A stretch of 63,454 bases of DNA, filler included, from Octopus bimaculoides (lineage: Eukaryota), in assembly GCF_001194135.2 (NCBI RefSeq). It is 5 parts of 4 records of this genome, joined end to end, with 100 filler letters (N's around TTAATTAATTAA, not from the genome) between each part and the next. Parts side by side here need not be neighbours in the genome. Positions count along the whole stretch, not along the records: positions 26,202 to 50,191 come from NC_068987.1; 4 more parts are not named here. One strand, written 5' to 3'. A model generated the notes under the pieces. It had not been told where the DNA came from. It saw nothing but the letters and a program-made list of their open reading frames with translations, and made no database searches. The position numbers were made by a program, and so were the translations under genes. Shown here one piece after another: positions 34,957 through 47,911 of this stretch (positions are counted from its first letter, which is position 1; each line of letters opens with the position of its first letter).

Positions 34957-35360
34957 TGATACGACCTTGTAATCCACAAACCTGCAGGAGCAATGAACAG
35001 GGAAAACTTGCTATCTTATTGTTGCCACCAGAGGTACAACCTGTTAACAAGCCATTGGCAGGTGACAATCCAGATATATCACCCTAGGCCTGGCTACCCC
35101 CCCACACAAAGGCAGGATATTTGATCCTTCCACCTGTATAGACTACAGTCCTGTCCAAGCACTAAGAATAAAGAAAAGAACTTATGTCACTTCAGTAGCG
35201 TCTATACCATATGACATGAGCTGGCCAATGGAGGCCTAACATCTAAAAGCCACTTGGAATTTTACTGAAATCCCTTTACTCTTCTCTAGATATCTGATGA
35301 GATGAGTTTATACAACAAGCCCATGAAACCTTAAGTCATATGGAGCTGAGTTAAACTGTT
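34957..35360 (+). mobile_element. Penelope-like element 3' fragment
   Basis: YDLVIHKPAGAMNRENLLSYCCHQRYNLL resembles the PLE C-terminal motif LN.R.EL.S.C.H. Hammerhead ~250 nt downstream on the same strand. Confidence 0.55.
35286..35345 (+). ncRNA. Type-I hammerhead motif, partly decayed
   Basis: CTAGATAT-CTGATGA-G-ATGAGTTT...AAGCCCAT-GAAA-C-CTTAA-G-T-C/ATATGGAG. Core intact, stems I and II each with mismatches, GUC triplet. Confidence 0.6.
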
Positions 35361-36074
35361 ATTAAAATACATCATCATCATTTAATGTCCGTTTTTCATG
35401 CTGACATAGGTTGGATGGATTGATAGGCAATGGCATGGCCAGGGTCCACACCAAGCTCCATTGTCTGTTTTGGTATGGTTTCTGCAGCTAAATGCCCTTC
35501 ATAATGCCAACCACTTTACAGTTTGTACTGAATGCTTTTTAAGTGGCACCAGCACCAGTGCATTTTATGTGGCACTAGCACCAGTGCTTTTTATGTGGTA
35601 CCATCACGATCAGGGTCACCAAGTATTTTACAAAACAGTAACCTCTAAACTAGGAGGAGGCAGTAATATTAAGGGGGATGGCTTTGTGCCAGTTGAGAGA
35701 TCAAAGGTATAGAGGGACAAAAATAGGTGTTTTGCTGTAGATTAGAGACATGGACACCCTAGTTGGAAAAGAAAGAAGAGTGAGTAAGAGAGTAAGATAA
35801 AGAAAGTGATATTGAGAGAAAGATGATAGCGAAAATAGATGACTGGTAGAGACATTAGGTGGGGGAAGAAAGGTAACTGAGAAAGCCAGTGGTGTGGAGA
35901 GGTTGTATGTGCCTGTTCTGCTCTCAGCTGATAGAAAAGTAATGGGTGTTAGTGGGAATGGTTGGTGGGGGGCAGAGCTCCTCTTAGACAAGCAAGTGTA
36001 TATGTTTGTGTATGTGTGTGTGTGTATTGTTGTGGAAGGATCCTGAGTACTCCCACATGACTGAAAGTGGACTA

Positions 36075-39000
36075 ACACATTTCAATAAAATAAAGAAAGT
36101 GTGTGAACTGTGGGTAGTTGATAGCATTGATCCATATTAGTTACTGTGTTAGTTTAATATCGTAACTACATTTGGAGTAGTACGGAGGGTGTTCTGTGTG
36201 AACATATTAAACCTGTGAATGGTTAATCTAGATAACCATATCCAAATATTTATTTGGGTAATACTGTTCTTACATCCAACGTGTACAACTCTTGCCATAA
36301 CATTTTTGGCGATGAGATATTAGAACCCATGCTGGACAGATTGTTGTTTCCACATGGAAAATTTACTAGCTTCAGTAATTGAATTGCAGAAACAGCAAGA
36401 ACAGCAGTAAAAACAACAAGAGCAGCAACAACAGCAGTTGTTGGAATTGCAGAAACAACAACAGTTAATACAACCGCTACTCAACAAAACAGAAGAATAC
36501 ATCAAGTTCATTCACCTCTGATACAGTTGCAAGCTCCATCAGAAAGTTCGCATATAACCCAGATGAGGGTACTACCTTTCCTGCTTACTTTTGAAGGTAT
36601 GAGTAAATTTTCAAAGAAGAATCTTCCAACTAGCAAGATGAAAAATCCCCGACTTTTGTTGAGAAAGTTGGCACCAGCTGAGCATAAGAAATATTGCAAT
36701 TACATATTACCAAAGAGACCGGGTGAAGTTTGTTTTGAAGAAACTGTGGATATTCTATCAAAAATTTTTAGCTAAAAAAGCTCTTTATTTATTACGTGCT
36801 GGCAATGCATGCATATTACAAAAAAGAGGTCGAAGATTTTATTACATAAACTGGAATCATTAATAGGGAATGCAAGGGATTTAAAATTACTGAATCAGTG
36901 CTAAACATGTTTAAATGTTTAATTGTTTAATCTAATGTCAAAAAAAGACTCAGAAATTCATAACTGAATTCTGACTCAATTAGAGCAGAATCAGAAGCTA
37001 ACACTACAAATAATATCTGAGGAATGTCAAAGAATGATAGACCTAAGGCATAATATAAAACAAATTGAAGTAAGAAACTGCTCATATATATAACTGCTGC
37101 GACCGAAAGTAAGTAATGAAAACCAGAAAATTAAACAATGTTTTGGATGTGAAGAATTACACTATTGATTCAACTGTCCTTATAAAAATCAAAAATACTT
37201 CAAGTGTGCTAAGATAGGTCATAGAAATCACAATGTAAAACAAAATCTTGAAAGGGGTTCAACAGAAAAAAAATTGTGTAAACAGTTTATTAGTGACAAG
37301 AAATACAAGCAAGACTCAAAAGAAATTTGTGTATGAAAAAATTAATAATACAAATATAAAATTAGTTAGATACAGGTAGTGACATTACTTTAGTTAATGA
37401 AAACACATGGAAAAAAATCAGGAAACCTACACTACAGAAAACCTTGTAGATTGCACATAGACTCTTGGGAACTAAATGAATATTTTGAAGGCGAAATTAT
37501 TTGCAAAGTTTGTTTTTTACAGTAAGACTATAAAAGCAAAAGCTTAGGTATTAAAAAATACAAGCAACCTTTTTGAAACTGACTGGATGGAAATGTTCAA
37601 CTTATGAGATTTACCCATAAATAGAGAAAAGAAAATTCATTACCAGTTTTCAAATCCAAACATAATGTACTGTTTGCAGCACTGGAACAAGTGAATAAGG
37701 AATTAGATAAGCTGGAAAAAATGGGAATGATTGAAAAGATCGACTACTCACATTGTGTTAAAAAGAAGGACAATAAAATTTGTGTATGTGCAGATTTCTC
37801 GACAGGACTAAATGAATGTTTGAGACAGTATAAGTACCAATTTACCTAGCCCAGAGGAAATTTCAAAACTAAATGGTGGTAAATTGTTCTTGAAATTAAA
37901 TCTTTCTGATGCTTACTTACAAATACAAGTGGAAGACAAATGTACCAAACTTCTAACAATTAATACCCATAAAGATCTGTACAAATTTAATCAGCTTCCG
38001 TTTGGCATAAAAGCTCTTCTGGCTATAATCCAACAAGTGATGGATATGATGCTTGCAGAGTGTGACTTCGTGATGGCCTACCTGGATGATATATTAATTA
38101 AAAGTGATCTTGTGATCAGTATGTCGAGCATGCAAAATGTGTTTTTGGAAAAATAAGAAATTATGGTTTCACACTGAATGAGGAGAAATGTGAATTTTTC
38201 TTACCTAAAATTAAGTATTTAGGACAAATCATTGATAAAAATGGTTGTCGACCAGCTCCATCGAGGGCAGATGCAATTAAAAATATGACCCCTCCAACAA
38301 ATATATCTACCTCACAAGACTTTTTGGGACTTGCAAACTATTATCAAATTTATATATCAAATATGCACAAAGTAAGAGCTCCACTAAATAATCTATTAAA
38401 AAAACAATGTAAAGTGGTATTGGTCTGAACATTGTCAGGTGTTCAACGAAATAAAAAAAGATATTAACATTTGATTTGTCTTCAGCACATTTCAGTCCTG
38501 CAGTGGAGATTGTAGTAGCTTCAGATGCTAGTGAATACAGTATCATAGCAGTAATGCTACATAAATACGAAAATGGTAACATGAAGGCCATGGTTCATGC
38601 CTCACATTCGCTACTACCTGTATAAAAAAAATTACCGCCAAATTGAAAAAGAAGCTCTAGCGATTATTTTTGCCATAAAAATTTCATAGATTTTTACACA
38701 GTAGAAATTTTCAACTACAGACTGATCATTGTTCATTATTATCTATATATGGGTCGAAGAAAGGAATCCCTACCCATACTACTAATAGGCTGCAATGCTG
38801 GGGTACTATATTACTAAATTACGATTTTAAGATAGAGTTTATATCATCAAAGAAATTAGGACATGCTGATTGTTTATGAAGATTGATACCAAAGAATGCT
38901 GAACCATTTGAGGATACCGTGATAGCAGCACTGTGAGTGAAAAATGAAATTAAAAACGTTTTATTTAATGTTATACATGAATAACCAGTTACATTACAAG

Positions 39001-39895
39001 TCAAAATTAAAAGCAGAAAGCAATGAATTTATTGAAAAATATGAATGAAATGCTGAGGGTTAAAAGAGATAAAAATATGTGTTTTGTTAAACACAACACA
39101 AATTCAAACTTGTTCTCAATTTGTGTTCATGTACGCACAAAGAGTCATAGTGCCAGCCATACTACAGAAGCAATTGCTAAAGGAATTTCACATTGGTCAC
39201 CCAGGGATTTCAAGAATGAAATCATTAATGAGAAGTTATGTATATTGGCCAAGAATGGACCGTGACATTGAAGAACAAGTGAAAGTATGCAGAGGTTGTG
39301 TGTTAGCAGCAAAATCACCTACCACAAAATGGCAACTGCGGCAAAAAACAGATATCCCTTGGTCCAGACTGCATGTTTATTATGCAGGTCCACTTAACGC
39401 TTCATATAACCTTGTTGTGATAGACACTTTTTCTAAGTGGCCTGAAATAAGCATAAAAAGTTGACATCTGCATTTACAGTAAGTTTTTTACACGAATTGT
39501 TCACCTGATATAGTATTCCTGATACCATTGTGTCTGATAATGGAACTCAGTTTACTTCAGACGAGTTCAGAAAATTTTGTAAAATGTTCATTATCGAACA
39601 TATGACTATTCTGCCATATCATCCTAGGTCAAATGAACAAGTGGAGCATTTTGTCGATACATTTAAGAGGGCTTTAAAAAAGGCAAACAATGAAATAATG
39701 GATGACCTAGCATTTCAGCAATTTCTAAGAATGTACTGAGTAACACCTAATCCCAGTACCCCATCTGGAATGTCACCAGCAGAACTAATGTTTGCTAGAA
39801 AGATTAGATCCATTTCTGACAAGTTATTACCGAATAAAAAAGAAAAATGGCAAAGAATGAATATAATTCATAAAACTGGTATAAAAATTGAGGAT
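36075..39895 (+). mobile_element. Decayed Gypsy LTR retrotransposon (gag-PR-RT-RH-IN), 3' end missing
   Basis: LTR end ...TAACA at 36302 followed by PBS-like TGGCGATGAG (36307-36316). Gag YCNYILPK, protease-like DTGSDITL, RT LNLSDAYLQI...LPFGI...YLDDILI, RNase H ASDAS, integrase HIGHPGISRMK...YWP...C, SDNGTQFTS, PYHPRSN. Many stops and frameshifts. Confidence 0.92.
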
Positions 39896-39992
39896 TTGAT
39901 CCTGACACATCTCTTGCTGATCTGTTATGTATAATGTTATGTATAATTGATGAAGGTGTATTGACAGCCTCTGTAAGTGTTGTTTCCTCAGT

Positions 39993-40065
39993 TTTCTAAC
40001 AGATACAACCACTAAATAAGCTTAAACTAAGTTTGAGCTTATTTAGTGGTTGTATCTGTTAGAAA
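39993..40065. repeat. 73-bp near-perfect palindrome
   Basis: 36-bp arms (39993-40028, 40030-40065), one mismatch, 1-nt spacer. Confidence 0.95.
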
Positions 40066-41893
40066 GCTTCCAAAACCCAAGGTAATAAATGATAATTAAA
40101 ATCCAGAGTCATCTCTGAGACATGGAAACATCCATGAACAGGATTGCTTAGAGAAACTGATTCCAAGAGCTAATTTGTAATGACAGTCATCTGTTGTTTC
40201 ATAACAGCCTAAAGGGGCTGGCAAACTTCTTATATTATTGACTCCTCCTTGGAATCATTAATAACTTAATGACCCCCACTTTCATATAAATTTTTTAAAA
40301 AAATTAAAAACTATAATTAATAAAATATTTCTTGCTTTATAAACAATTCTTTCATTTTGCTTTTGAATAAAAAATATTTGAAGAAATTTAATGAATATAC
40401 TTAATAAAATTGATAAAGAACAATAACAAATTCATATTATACCAGTATAGTCAGAATATTAAATGTGAAATATGTGTCTGCTGAATACTAGTTATTGCAT
40501 TGATATTTGGCTACAAATAAGTAAGATTTAGCTCTAAATTATCATACTTTTCCACATTCAGTTTACTAATAATTCAACCCTTTTGTTCAAATTGACCCCT
40601 TAGATAGCCACACAGACCAGAGATCAATATTAACTACTTTGCCTGGTCTAAAGCAATGCTGCTCAAAGTAAGTGATACCACTACTTGGTGGGCAGTAGAA
40701 AATTTTATGTAGGTACCTGTCAGAAAGGCTTAAATATCAACTTTAAAAAAAATCTAATATGAAAACTGCTTGCTTACTACAACCACAACAACAACAACAA
40801 CAATAATGACAGACTTTGTAATGTGAATAAATAAATAAACAAAACTGAATATATACCATCTATGCTTAGAGTATACACTTGTAGTTAGGTGGTGGTATGA
40901 CAAGAAGTCACCTGTGTCAAACTAGTACCAGGAACTGAATTACTCTGGCTTGATATTACGTGTATGTCCATAAAAAAGGAGGGGTGATTGCATAGAAACA
41001 AGGAAGTATTGAAAAAATCTGAGTAAAAGAAAAGGGGTAATAGTTAAAAAAAATGTCTGAAAAGCTCTGGTCTAAAGAATACAATGCTTTCTTTTAACAA
41101 CCAGAGAAAAGTTGCATATTCCAGGATTTAATTTAAAGATCCAAAATTTCAAAACATATAGAATAATTACTAATTTAAGGATTTAAGATTTGATTTCCAA
41201 AAGTGAGTTTGGCAACACTTTTATATGCACAGCAAGGTTATAGGAGCTGGCATAACTGTGTGGTTACAGAGTTTGCTTCCCAGCTACATGGAATTTTGTG
41301 TCTTCTACTAATGCCTCAGGCCAACCAAAGAGTGGATTTAGTAGACAGAAAATGAAAGAAGCCCATCACATATGCTGGAAAAAATAATGGGAACACATTG
41401 TTAAATGGGAGTTTTATTATTTAAAACAAAGTTGATTCACCTTTGACATCAATCACATCTTTAATACATTGAGAAACTGACTCATACAAGTTCTGAATGG
41501 TTGTTATGGGAATTTTAAGACATTCTTTAAGTAAAAATTGCTTTAGCTCTTTCAGTTACAATAATGGAGAGAAGGCACCATAAATGTTTGATTATATTGA
41601 GTCAGTGATTGTGAGGGCTAACCAAGTGGTCTCTGGTCTATTTCACTTTTGTACTCTCTGTACCAATTTTAACTAACATCATCCATGCAAATCAGTGCAT
41701 TAAGGAACAATGTTTATTGAAACAGATTTTGTATGGTTGGATACTATTGCTGTCACCAACCCTTACCAGTTTCCTACAAAGTACTATTTCTTCAGATTTG
41801 TTTTCGCAGACTATTGGAAAAAAATGACACTGTATGACTGGGATACTCAATTACAAGTATCACACTATCAAGACAAGGAAACAAACATACTCA

Positions 41894-41936
<43 letters not shown>

Positions 41937-42714
41937 GAACATACNNNNNNNNNNTGGTGAAACCGGATGGCAACACCAGTCCTCATACATATATATATAT
42001 AAATATATGACAAGCCACTTTCAGTCTCACTTCCAAATCTAGAAAGCTTAAGGTTCCATGCAGTGGGATTAAACCTGAAACTTTGTAGTTGGGAAGCAAA
42101 TATTCTAACCACGCAACCATGCCTGCACCCTAAATAACCTCATTAGTAATAATGTTTCCATATATTTATTACTTTAAACAGTTGTACTTACATATGTACA
42201 CTAAATTAGCTGATTTCAAAAAGCTTTGTTATTGTGCATTTGATAATTTAAAGATTTCACTGCATAAGATAGAAATAAGATTATAGTTAATTTTATAATT
42301 ATTCATAGTTGTTATAAGTAGAACAAATAGAGAAATGAGAACACCTATCATGGAACTGAGCGATAGAGTTTTCTGTAGTGCCTGAGGTTGTTCTGCTTTG
42401 AAGTTCAATATCCCAGCTTTTTATGACTTTTAGCAAAGCTTTTAAAACCTTTGCCAAGAATTTCATACAAATCTTTTTTTAAATATATCTCTTTAGTGGA
42501 TACATACGAGCTGATACTGAATGGTTGAACCATATTCACATAAAGATCCATACCTTTTATGGCAATATAGTTAATTTCTCAGATGTGGTTTTGCCTTTTA
42601 TGGAAATATTGTTAGGCCATAATTCCAAACTGGGAATCTGAACAAGGTAAGCAAAGACATACTTCAATGTACGCAGTATAAAGATGTGCTACTGATAGTT
42701 TCTTGCAGTAGAAA

Positions 42715-42830
42715 CATGCCTTGTGTTTCCAAGCAATCTTTGGGCTCTGAGATGTTTAGTTCTATTTGAAAATAGGGACACTGAAACCATGTGCTCAGAG
42801 CCTGTAGATTGCTTAGAGACACAAGGCATG
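42715..42830. repeat. Hairpin/MITE-like element with 37-bp arms; single arm also at 464-500
   Basis: catgccttgtgtttccaagcaatctttgggctctgag versus rc of 42794-42830 (5 differences). Confidence 0.8.
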
Positions 42831-44000
42831 CCTTAAAACTTTGCTTGGACACTTGTTTCCACAGCAAGAAAATATTAGTAACTTGTATCTTTATACTGTG
42901 TACATTAAATGATTTATTTCTCACAGGATGGAGTACACTTTTTGTTGATCTTACCTTAACGAAACAGTAAACTATATATAAATATATATATATATAATAA
43001 CCAGATAGAGTACTTTTTTTGTTGGTCTTACCATCACAAAACAGTACACTATATGTATATATACATGCATATATATATATATGCCAAAGGTGTCATGCAG
43101 TGGGACTGAACCTGAAACCATGTGATTGGGAAGTGAACTATTGAACTGCATAGTCATGCCAATGAATGTGTAATGTCTATCTGTCCCATAAACTTGTGTG
43201 ATGAACAATCATTTGTTTTATCCTTCCTGATTAGAGCTACCTATCAATGGAGTGGTCAACCCTATTGTTCACAGTATATTTGCAATCCTGAAAGGTGGAA
43301 AATAAACAGAGGCATGTTACAATTGCAAGACTTACTTCAAAAGTGAAACAAAAAACACCAGCAGTGAGTTTTGAATTTCATGAAACATGAGCTGTGTATA
43401 TAATTTAATATTTTGTCAACACAACGATTTTTATCTGAAAATGGCTCTGGACAGAAATAGGAGATAAAATAAGATAGATTTAGTGTTAAATAGAAGTTAT
43501 GTTTGTTATCTGTTGAGAAGGCTGTGACTTTCATAGGTGCCATTCATTGGAGTTCTTTCCTGCATGTGTTAATGTGCATATGTGTGTTTGTGTCTGTATT
43601 GATTCTATTGGCCATTCATTTATAATGATTAAGCATCAGAGAAACAGGCCATTTATTATGACAAATCAAGAGATGTGTCATCAAAAACAAATAAGCTGAG
43701 CTATAAAAATAACAATAAAATAAAGAGAAGAGAATGAAACCTATCCACAGCAGCAAGTTGTTTCCATACCAGTCATTAATTAATAGTTTTTTGTTGTCAG
43801 TATTGCAGTGATACAACCTGACTAATATATGGTCCCCAGGATAATTATCTCTACTTCCCTTATTACTAGACACTAACACTTTTATAGCTTTCTGTTTTTC
43901 TTCTTTCAGCTCTTCTTTACCCTATTTTTTAATGTTTTCTTTGTTTAGTTGTATTTTTTTTAAATAAAAATATTCTTTTTATTTACTACTGGAAAAAAGA

Positions 44001-44870
44001 TTGGACCTGTTCAGTTTTGCTCACAGATCTTTTAATTATTTTTTTTTTAACTAAACAGTTTGAAACTTTGTATACTGGTGTAATTCCTCATGCTCAACAC
44101 GCTTTACTTTCAACATTTTTGACAAAATTTTGCATTTTAGAGTTAACCAATCAACGTGTATTCAGTTGAAGAAAGCTATTGCTGTTTGCAACAGTAATCG
44201 AAGACTAACAACTTCTGGGTCATCTCTACTAAATGTCACCACTGTTCTATTCATATGTTGAGCAAAGGGCAAAGTGTTGCTCCCTGGTCATAATTGACAC
44301 AAAAGAGAAGTTTTCAGCTGCAAGGAAGACGATGCCACCTTTATCCTTTCTTTCTTGTCAGCACTGTGCATTCCTTACTCTTTCCCTCTCTACTGGCAGA
44401 CAGCCACTTCTACACCATCAACTACCAACCAGTGAGCGATTACTGCTGTATCTCTAACTACATGTCGGGTAAACGAATTGATATATGTAAATAATATTTC
44501 TTCCTTCTTGGTGTTGATTTTTCGATGTTTACTAGTTACTCTGACGTGAGAAAAAAAAAAAAAAGGGTTTATGCAACAAAAATAAAATAAAAAAGAGTGG
44601 TGACATTTAGTAGAGATTACCCGGAAGTTGTTCCTCTTCAATCACAATCGCAAGCAGCAGTAGCTTTCTTCAACTGAATACATGTTGATTGGTTAAAACT
44701 ACCTAAATATAACTTTAACATGAAATAACTTCTAAAATCTGAAATTTTGTCAAAAATATTGAAAGTAAACTATGTTGAGTGTGAGAAATTACACCAGTAT
44801 AAGAAGTTTCAAAATGTTTAGTTAAAAAAAAATAATTAAAAAATCTGTGAGCGAAACAGAACAGATCCAA
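44001..44870. mobile_element. Foldback-type element with long imperfect TIRs
   Basis: 44001-44243 is the reverse complement of ~44596-44870 (e.g. ccaatcaacgtgtattcagttgaagaaagcta versus tagctttcttcaactgaatacatgttgattgg); ~350-nt spacer. Confidence 0.75.
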
Positions 44871-45974
44871 AAGATTAAAAGTGTTGGTTGCACTACAACT
44901 TCTGGTGAAACCATAGGAGTGTCACACTGGAATATAGTGTGTCTTGGCCAGTTTTAGATGTGATTGAGTCTATTCCTCTTTGGGGGTCTACCACACAGCT
45001 GATTTCTTCCATAGACACATAGAAAAATACAAAAAAAGAAGAGTGAATCTTAATGATAGGACTGGTACTCTATCAACCCTCATCATCATCATTTAGCATC
45101 TGTTTTCCATGCTGACATGGATATGATGGTTTGAATGGAGCTAGTAAGCCAAAGAGCTGCATCAGGTTCCAGTCCATTTTGGTTTGGTTTATATGGCTTG
45201 ATGCTCTTCCTAATGTCAACCACTCCACAGAATGTACTGGCAGTCTTTTACATGTCACCGGCATGGTTTTCCTATCATGTATCACTGGCATAGGTGCCTT
45301 CCACATGTCATTGTCACAACTATAATTTCACTTAGCTTGACATGTCATCTCAAGTATAGCAAATCACCAGAAATCTGTCACTTATTGCTTCCAAGAGACA
45401 CAACATCTGAAGAACCCGGAAGAATAAATGCAAAGTTGAACACCGCAGCATTTGAATGTAGAGCAGAGAACCAGAATAAATGCTGCAAGGCCATCTAGTT
45501 GATGCTTTAACAACTCAGCCAAATTACCAGTTTATAATGTTTACAATTAGGAGGACTGAACCTTTGAGACTCAAATGTTTTTCACCAGGGATGTAGCTAA
45601 GTACCAATGAAGGAATACTGTTGATTCGGAGGTCGACATCTTAGTGACTAGGCTAGTTGTGACTCTCTAATGTTTACAGTTTCTAGTTAGGTACTTTTAT
45701 GTTCTGAGTTCAAATATTGTTGTGGTTACCTTCAACTAGGGTTGGTAACATAGGTATCAGTCAAATACTGAAGTCAATTCAATTCCCTGACCTTGAACAC
45801 CACAAAATTTGTGTCTTTATTCGTCATCATTTTAATATACACTTTTCCATGCTTGCACAGGTTGGACAGAGTTATTGAGGCAGATGTCTTTCCCAAGGTG
45901 CTATACATTGGGACTGAACCTGAGATCACTTGGAAAGCAAGCTTCTTATTGAAGCTAATTAATTCTAATTAATA

Positions 45975-46225
45975 AACCTTCTGCTCTTCTCTTGCTTATC
46001 TTTTTTTTTACTATATTTCTGTTGAAATATACTACCATTGACTTGATTTGATTTTGAAAATATTGAAGAATTTAGTAAAATAACACAGTCATAAGAAGTT
46101 TGGAATGTAAATTAGCATGAAATTTTGATGTAAAGTTTTAACTTAGGTCACTTTAAAGCTGGAAGTTAAGTCTGTATCACAGAACCAGAAGTGGTTTTGG
46201 GCAGGTTGAATGTCAAAATGGTTAA
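45975..46225. mobile_element. TTAA-ended (piggyBac-like) MITE; inverted relative at ~16735-16860
   Basis: aattagcatgaaattttgat here versus atcaaaatttcatgctaatt at 16760; ends ...aaatggTTAA. Confidence 0.45.
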
Positions 46226-47747
46226 ACAACAACAAGAAGTAAAATGTAAGATCTTGTTTTATTATTTCAAATAAAATTGCATAACAATAATAATGGGGAG
46301 GGAAAAAGAAAACATTAGAAACATAAAAAATCCAAAAAAAAAACCGAAATGAGCATAAGTTAAAAAGAAATATTCCACATTAAAATGAAATGGATATTAA
46401 AACGAAATATTGTATCATGCATTAGTAACTGTGTTTTTAGTTACACATTAATTCTGCAGTTTGCTGCTTTTGGTTGTATTAATGTTGTGACACCAATCAA
46501 TAGAACTATGGCCACATCAAGCAATCACAGTAGGCATATAAAATTTAAGTATCAATGCTACCAACAGTTGTTGCTAGCTTAGCTCATATCTCTCTCAAAC
46601 ATAATCAACACGATCCTGTATAACAAATGTATACATAAATCTAAGTTTTCAACAAAATCATTCAGTTATACACACATATGTGCACACTCATATACACATT
46701 AATCTCCAGAAAAGAAATATACATACATAATGTATTATACATGTATGTTTTATGTATAACTATTGTGAGTTTTTAGAGTTAGGCATTAAGCCTTAGGCAA
46801 GTAGAGTTGTTTTGCAAGGAAGCAGTGTAAGGGTCACAATACAATATGGACATTAGTAATCTCTGAGCCCTTACCTGCTCCTTCTAATGTTAACTTTTTT
46901 TTTTTAAAGAAAACAATTAATGCCTGTCTGCCATACTCAATGTAATTAATTAATTAGTCATGCTACAAACAGCCAATTTATCACAATAAATATATGAGAG
47001 AAGATGCAGCCATGTATAATAGCTGACATCATAATTGTCACCACCACCATCACCATAATCGTCAACACAACACCTTTGTTACTCCAATCGAATGATTGTT
47101 CAAGCAACAAGTTTGACTGCATACATGCATACATGTATGCATACATATTCACGGTTTTGACATTGTTAAATTTTCCAAATATATTTTTATTTAAGTAGAA
47201 ATTATCATTGCTTATATTCCTTTCACCATTAGCATAATTATCACAATAATAATCATTAATAGCACTATTCAAATAATTAAACAAACAAACAAACAATTCA
47301 CAGTTTTTACTAAAGTTTCAAACCCAAGGACAATCGCCAAGATACTCAGTATGGTCAATGACTGGTCTGGTATCGCCATCTTCACATCAACCACTCAGAA
47401 ATAACAACTGTCAGACACCAGCCTAGATATTACTGTTATAAACACACATGCACGCACTATATACAGACATATATATTGTGTATGTATATATGCACACACA
47501 CACACACACACACACACATAAAGGGTTTCAACAAAGCTACTAAATTATGCAATGCAACTTTTTTTAATAAGCATTTTCAGTCTATGTGCAGTTGGCACAT
47601 TTAATAAAAGTTTATCTCATTTGAGAATGATCTCCAAACTGCAAGAGACTATGAACACTCACATCACATATGTATGTATATATATAAATACATATATATG
47701 TCAACTGTACAATTATATTTGTTCTTGGTAAAACAGCAGCAAAAAAT

Positions 47748-47882
47748 TCAACTCATAACCTCTTTGTATTTAGACCAACCATGGAAGCACTTGGTAAACT
47801 TTTTGTTTTCACGATATTTGGGAGCAAACAACAGGACACGCTTGTGGTCAGGCTGCTTATTGCGCATGTGTTGTATGTACAC
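47748..47882 (-). CDS. FLII: Flightless-I terminal coding exon (44 aa + stop)
   Basis: Strong acceptor tattttcaacttttccag|. VYIQHMRNKQPDHKRVLLFAPKYRENKKFTKCFHGWSKYKEVMS* versus recalled human FLII C-terminus [37 protein letters not shown]. Not in the ORF track because it lacks its own start. Confidence 0.9.
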   Translation of the reverse strand: MYIQHMRNKQPDHKRVLLFAPKYRENKKFTKCFHGWSKYKEVMS

Positions 47883-47911
47883 CTGGAAAAGTTGAAAATA
47901 TATTTCATGTA

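Noticed and set aside
46958-47380. Signal-peptide-like MAIPDQSLTILSILAIVLG plus a downstream hydrophobic ORF (minus)
   Set aside because: The two parts are out of frame across a (TTTG)n tract, include microsatellite-like sequence, and lie in the probable FLII 3' UTR.
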